A DNA stretch of 64,000 nt from Guillardia theta CCMP2712 (lineage: Eukaryota > Protista > Cryptophyta), in assembly GCF_000315625.1 (NCBI RefSeq), contig NW_005434487.1, positions 23,720-87,719 of the forward strand. Direction: 5' to 3'. This document shows positions 61,418-64,000 of this stretch, piece after piece. Position numbers and translations under genes: made by a program. The first letter of the stretch is position 1. Each line of letters starts with the position of its first letter. The notes beneath the pieces are model-generated. The model saw nothing but the letters and a program-made list of their open reading frames with translations. It had not been told where the DNA came from and searched no databases.

Positions 61418-63565
61418 ATGGTTCTTCAGTATGATGAAAATGTTCGCAACCTGCTGTATCGGAGATCATGCCAATACACGCAGAGCGGACTTGTGGATGC
61501 CTCTGTCCTCGAAGCTGATCTCGTCGAGAGGGTGAAGAGCTTCGCGAAGCGTTATCCGAACAGCAGGACAGCCCAGGCTTGCAAGGCTGTGGAGGGATGC
61601 ACCCCCGACGCTATCGCAGAAGCCATCCGCTCGACATGTCAGCAGGCACGACGTGAGCTTCTGCAAGAAGCGATGACTGGATGGAGTGACGCATCCAGAG
61701 AGTGGTTTATGCAGCAGATTGAAGAAGCCAAGAAGGAGAAGGTCGAGACATACACCGCCTCAGCAGGCAACGAGGTGACTTCCTTCATCTCCATGACTCT
61801 CCTGGGCATCTCCTCGGTGTATGTCAACCATGAAGAAAAGCTGAAGAAGAAATTTGAAGAGATCGGACTGATCGTAGACTCAGTGCAAGAGAGTAAAGCG
61901 ATCATGTGGAAGGCTCCGTATAGACCCGAGATAGCGAGTGCTGAGGAGATCCCGGTGACTGTTTCCTTCCTCCGCAATGCACAAGCGGAGAAGCTCTGGC
62001 AGGGAAGAGAGGACTTCGCGATCGATGGTCGCAAGTTCACAGCTGTACATGTGAGCATCGTGCACGATCGATCTTTCAAGATTCGAGCCAAGAGAGGACC
62101 CTGGGGCAAAGGGGGCAGCTTGGCAGAGCTGACTCACCTGCTAACCTTGGGCGGCATGACAACGGCTGAGATAGCTGCCGTCTATCGCTATCAGCTGCTG
62201 CGCCAGTCCCTTGCAGCGGTCCAACTCCAGCCGCTGGCAGGCATGCTGGTCGCTGGGGCGCCAGGACAGCAAGTCCACAAAGGCTTAGGTCAGAAAGGCT
62301 TCATCGCTGTAGGGGCCAACGTCATCTGGAGACAGAGGGAGGTGGAGTGGATCGTCTCCTCGAGCTGCCCAGAGGCGAATGATACAGCATTTCGAGCTTT
62401 CCGAGAGAGCGAAGCGATGGAGGGAGTACACCTGACTCTGTTCAGCGAGGACCCGAAGATCAGAGAGGCGCTCGCAGTCGAGTTGACAGCTGATCGCTTT
62501 GTGTCCAGAAATAAGTTGAAGAAGGCATCAAGGATGCAGAAGAAGGCAGGCGGCAAGGACGGCAAGGAGATCAAGATCATCATCAAGTCGACGGCGGCAT
62601 CTGGTCGCTTCACGAGGAAGGAGATGGAGGGGCTGTGCAACGGCGGCAACACGTCTATCGCAAGAGTCAAGAGAGTCTTGTTGGAGATCGCTAACAGGCT
62701 CGAGATCAACGTTGAAGGCATCGACATGGAGGAGGATTTGAACACCAAGTCCTGGAACGGGTCCAAGCTATGCATCCTCCTCGGCTCCACGGAGGATGCT
62801 CGACGCATGATGAAGGAGCTGCCCTTCTATCTCGAAGGCGCAGCAACCAAGCTCGAAGCAGTCGGCTTCGACAAGGAGCCTGACTCTGAGGCGGCTGGTC
62901 AGCGGGGCACCAGCGACGCAGCGCAGCGACAGGAGGAGAGCGAGGGAGAGTGGCTGGAGTTTACAGACCTGGAGAGGATCACAATGGAGGCAGCATCTCC
63001 GTCAAGCCAAGAGGACATGCAGCTCGTCAGCGAGCTGTCAGCAGTCATCGAAGATGCAGCTTCTTTGAACGAGGCAGGGACGAGCGAGCCGATCAAGCTG
63101 GTCCTGGACAAGGCCGTTGGCAACCTCCACGACACCTTCTACTCTCCGGGGAGCCTGGAGTTCATGGCGCTGGGAGAGTGGGCGAAGATGCCAGAGGAGC
63201 AGGGAGTGGGACGCAACGCGCTCAAGGAGAGGCTGGGGAAGTGGCTGCAGAGCAAGCGCTGGACTCGCGTGCAAGGAGAGAGCAAGAAGGCAAGGAGGGG
63301 CAGCGCGTTCTCGCCACGGGCAACGGCAGCTGCTGAGCTTGAGCAGGAGGCGGAGAGCGACGACATAGAGCGTCGATCTCTTAGCCTCCTGTTCATAGCA
63401 CTGAGTAAATTCGCAGAGATGCATGTGCTGGCCTGCTCGCTGAAGGTGGACAAGAAGGACCGACTGCGAGTGGAGATGAGGGAAGATGACGAAGAAGAGG
63501 AAGACATGGAGGAAGAGCAAGGCGAGGGCGAGGAAGAAGACGGGGCGAGCCCGTACCGAGCTTGA
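61418..63565 (+). CDS. Element-encoded ~715-aa protein, probable ORF1/Gag-like nucleic-acid-binding protein with RRM-like repeats and an acidic tail
   Basis: Intronless ORF (unusual here), conserved between subfamilies. RRM-like patterns MTLLGIS..EEKLKKKFEEIG.IVDSV..VTVSF..AQAEKLW..IDGRKFTAV and IKIIIKS..IDMEEDLNTKSWNGSKLCILLGSTEDARRMM..LEGAATKLEAV. No YxDD RT motif. Confidence 0.75.
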   Translation: MVLQYDENVRNLLYRRSCQYTQSGLVDASVLEADLVERVKSFAKRYPNSRTAQACKAVEGCTPDAIAEAIRSTCQQARRELLQEAMTGWSDASREWFMQQIEEAKKEKVETYTASAGNEVTSFISMTLLGISSVYVNHEEKLKKKFEEIGLIVDSVQESKAIMWKAPYRPEIASAEEIPVTVSFLRNAQAEKLWQGREDFAIDGRKFTAVHVSIVHDRSFKIRAKRGPWGKGGSLAELTHLLTLGGMTTAEIAAVYRYQLLRQSLAAVQLQPLAGMLVAGAPGQQVHKGLGQKGFIAVGANVIWRQREVEWIVSSSCPEANDTAFRAFRESEAMEGVHLTLFSEDPKIREALAVELTADRFVSRNKLKKASRMQKKAGGKDGKEIKIIIKSTAASGRFTRKEMEGLCNGGNTSIARVKRVLLEIANRLEINVEGIDMEEDLNTKSWNGSKLCILLGSTEDARRMMKELPFYLEGAATKLEAVGFDKEPDSEAAGQRGTSDAAQRQEESEGEWLEFTDLERITMEAASPSSQEDMQLVSELSAVIEDAASLNEAGTSEPIKLVLDKAVGNLHDTFYSPGSLEFMALGEWAKMPEEQGVGRNALKERLGKWLQSKRWTRVQGESKKARRGSAFSPRATAAAELEQEAESDDIERRSLSLLFIALSKFAEMHVLACSLKVDKKDRLRVEMREDDEEEEDMEEEQGEGEEEDGASPYRA

Positions 63566-63992
63566 GCTGAGCCCAAGGTAAGGAGAGAAGGTAGGAGGCG
63601 ACCGAAGGCCAAGGTGAGGAGAGGCAACTCTCCTGACTGAAGCTGAGGAAGCTGAATGGAGGAGGAGTAGGTGGCGACCGAAGGCCAAGGTGAGGAGAGG
63701 CAACTCTCCTGACTGAGGCTGAGGAAGCTGAATGGAGGTAGAGTAGGTGGTGACCGAAGGCCAAGGTGAGGAGAGGCAACTCTCCTGACTGAGGCTGAGG
63801 AAGCCAAGAGAAGACAGCAGAAGTAGAGAGTAGAAAGACGCCTCAGAAGCAGGGTTCGCATTGTAGGCCGTGTACTCCCAGTGCTCGAGCGCCTCTTTAG
63901 ACTAGGATCAAATTGCACAAGCCCACAACGAGGCCGAGCAACATTCTAGCATTCTAATAAACTCACATAATAATAATAATAATAATAATAAT

Positions 63993-64000
63993 AGGGTTTA
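63993..64000 (+). repeat. Start of telomeric tract 5 (cut by the window edge)
   Basis: AGGGTTTA directly after (TAA)n, the same junction as at 60830/60831. Confidence 0.8.

Larger units (their letters stand above)
60903..63992 (+). mobile_element. Telomere-associated element copy 4 (subfamily A, full length, intact ORF)
   Basis: 19/20-nt array at 60903-61325, intact ORF, ~75-nt 3' repeats, (TAA)n end, then AGGGTTTA. Confidence 0.9.

Noticed and set aside
61418-63565. Element ORF as a reverse transcriptase or telomerase
   Set aside because: No YxDD or other RT motifs are recognisable, and no RT-sized minus-strand ORF exists in the element.
63625-63680. Canonical hammerhead ribozyme
   Set aside because: CTGACTGA and GAAT deviate from CUGANGA/GAAA and no stem III with an NUH site can be drawn; kept only as a low-confidence structural finding.
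59920-63918. Minus-strand ORFs of 187-282 aa over the element 3' region
   Set aside because: Low-complexity shadow or repeat translations whose frames differ between copies 3 and 4.

Overview
Eukaryotic nuclear DNA with short (~50 nt) or microsatellite-filled GT-AG introns, abundant (CTCCT)n/(GAG)n tracts and three N gaps. The style and the TTTAGGG repeats suggest a cryptophyte such as Guillardia theta (inference only). Positions 1-54.9 kb hold ordinary multi-exon genes: a CMGC-like pseudokinase, a secreted Cys-rich Sushi/CUB protein, a MATH-domain protein, an atypical Hsp70 NBD/coiled-coil protein, a ~2790-aa IP3R/RyR-like channel, a TBC-TLDc protein, a CBM plus sucrose-phosphatase-like HAD enzyme, DUF5672, SDR-like and PDZ proteins. 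From 54931 to the end the sequence looks like a chromosome end. (TTTAGGG)n tracts alternate with four head-to-tail copies of an element (two subfamilies) that encodes one ~715-aa, probably RRM-type ORF1/Gag-like protein and no reverse transcriptase. Each copy starts at the same point with a subfamily-specific 19- or 20-nt unit, tandemly arrayed in three of the four copies. Copies are either full length with a (TAA)n end or distally truncated and capped by telomeric repeats. Two junctions show element sequence stopping, receiving 1-2 telomere repeats and restarting. This looks like an undescribed telomere-associated element system that extends the chromosome end in alternation with telomerase.
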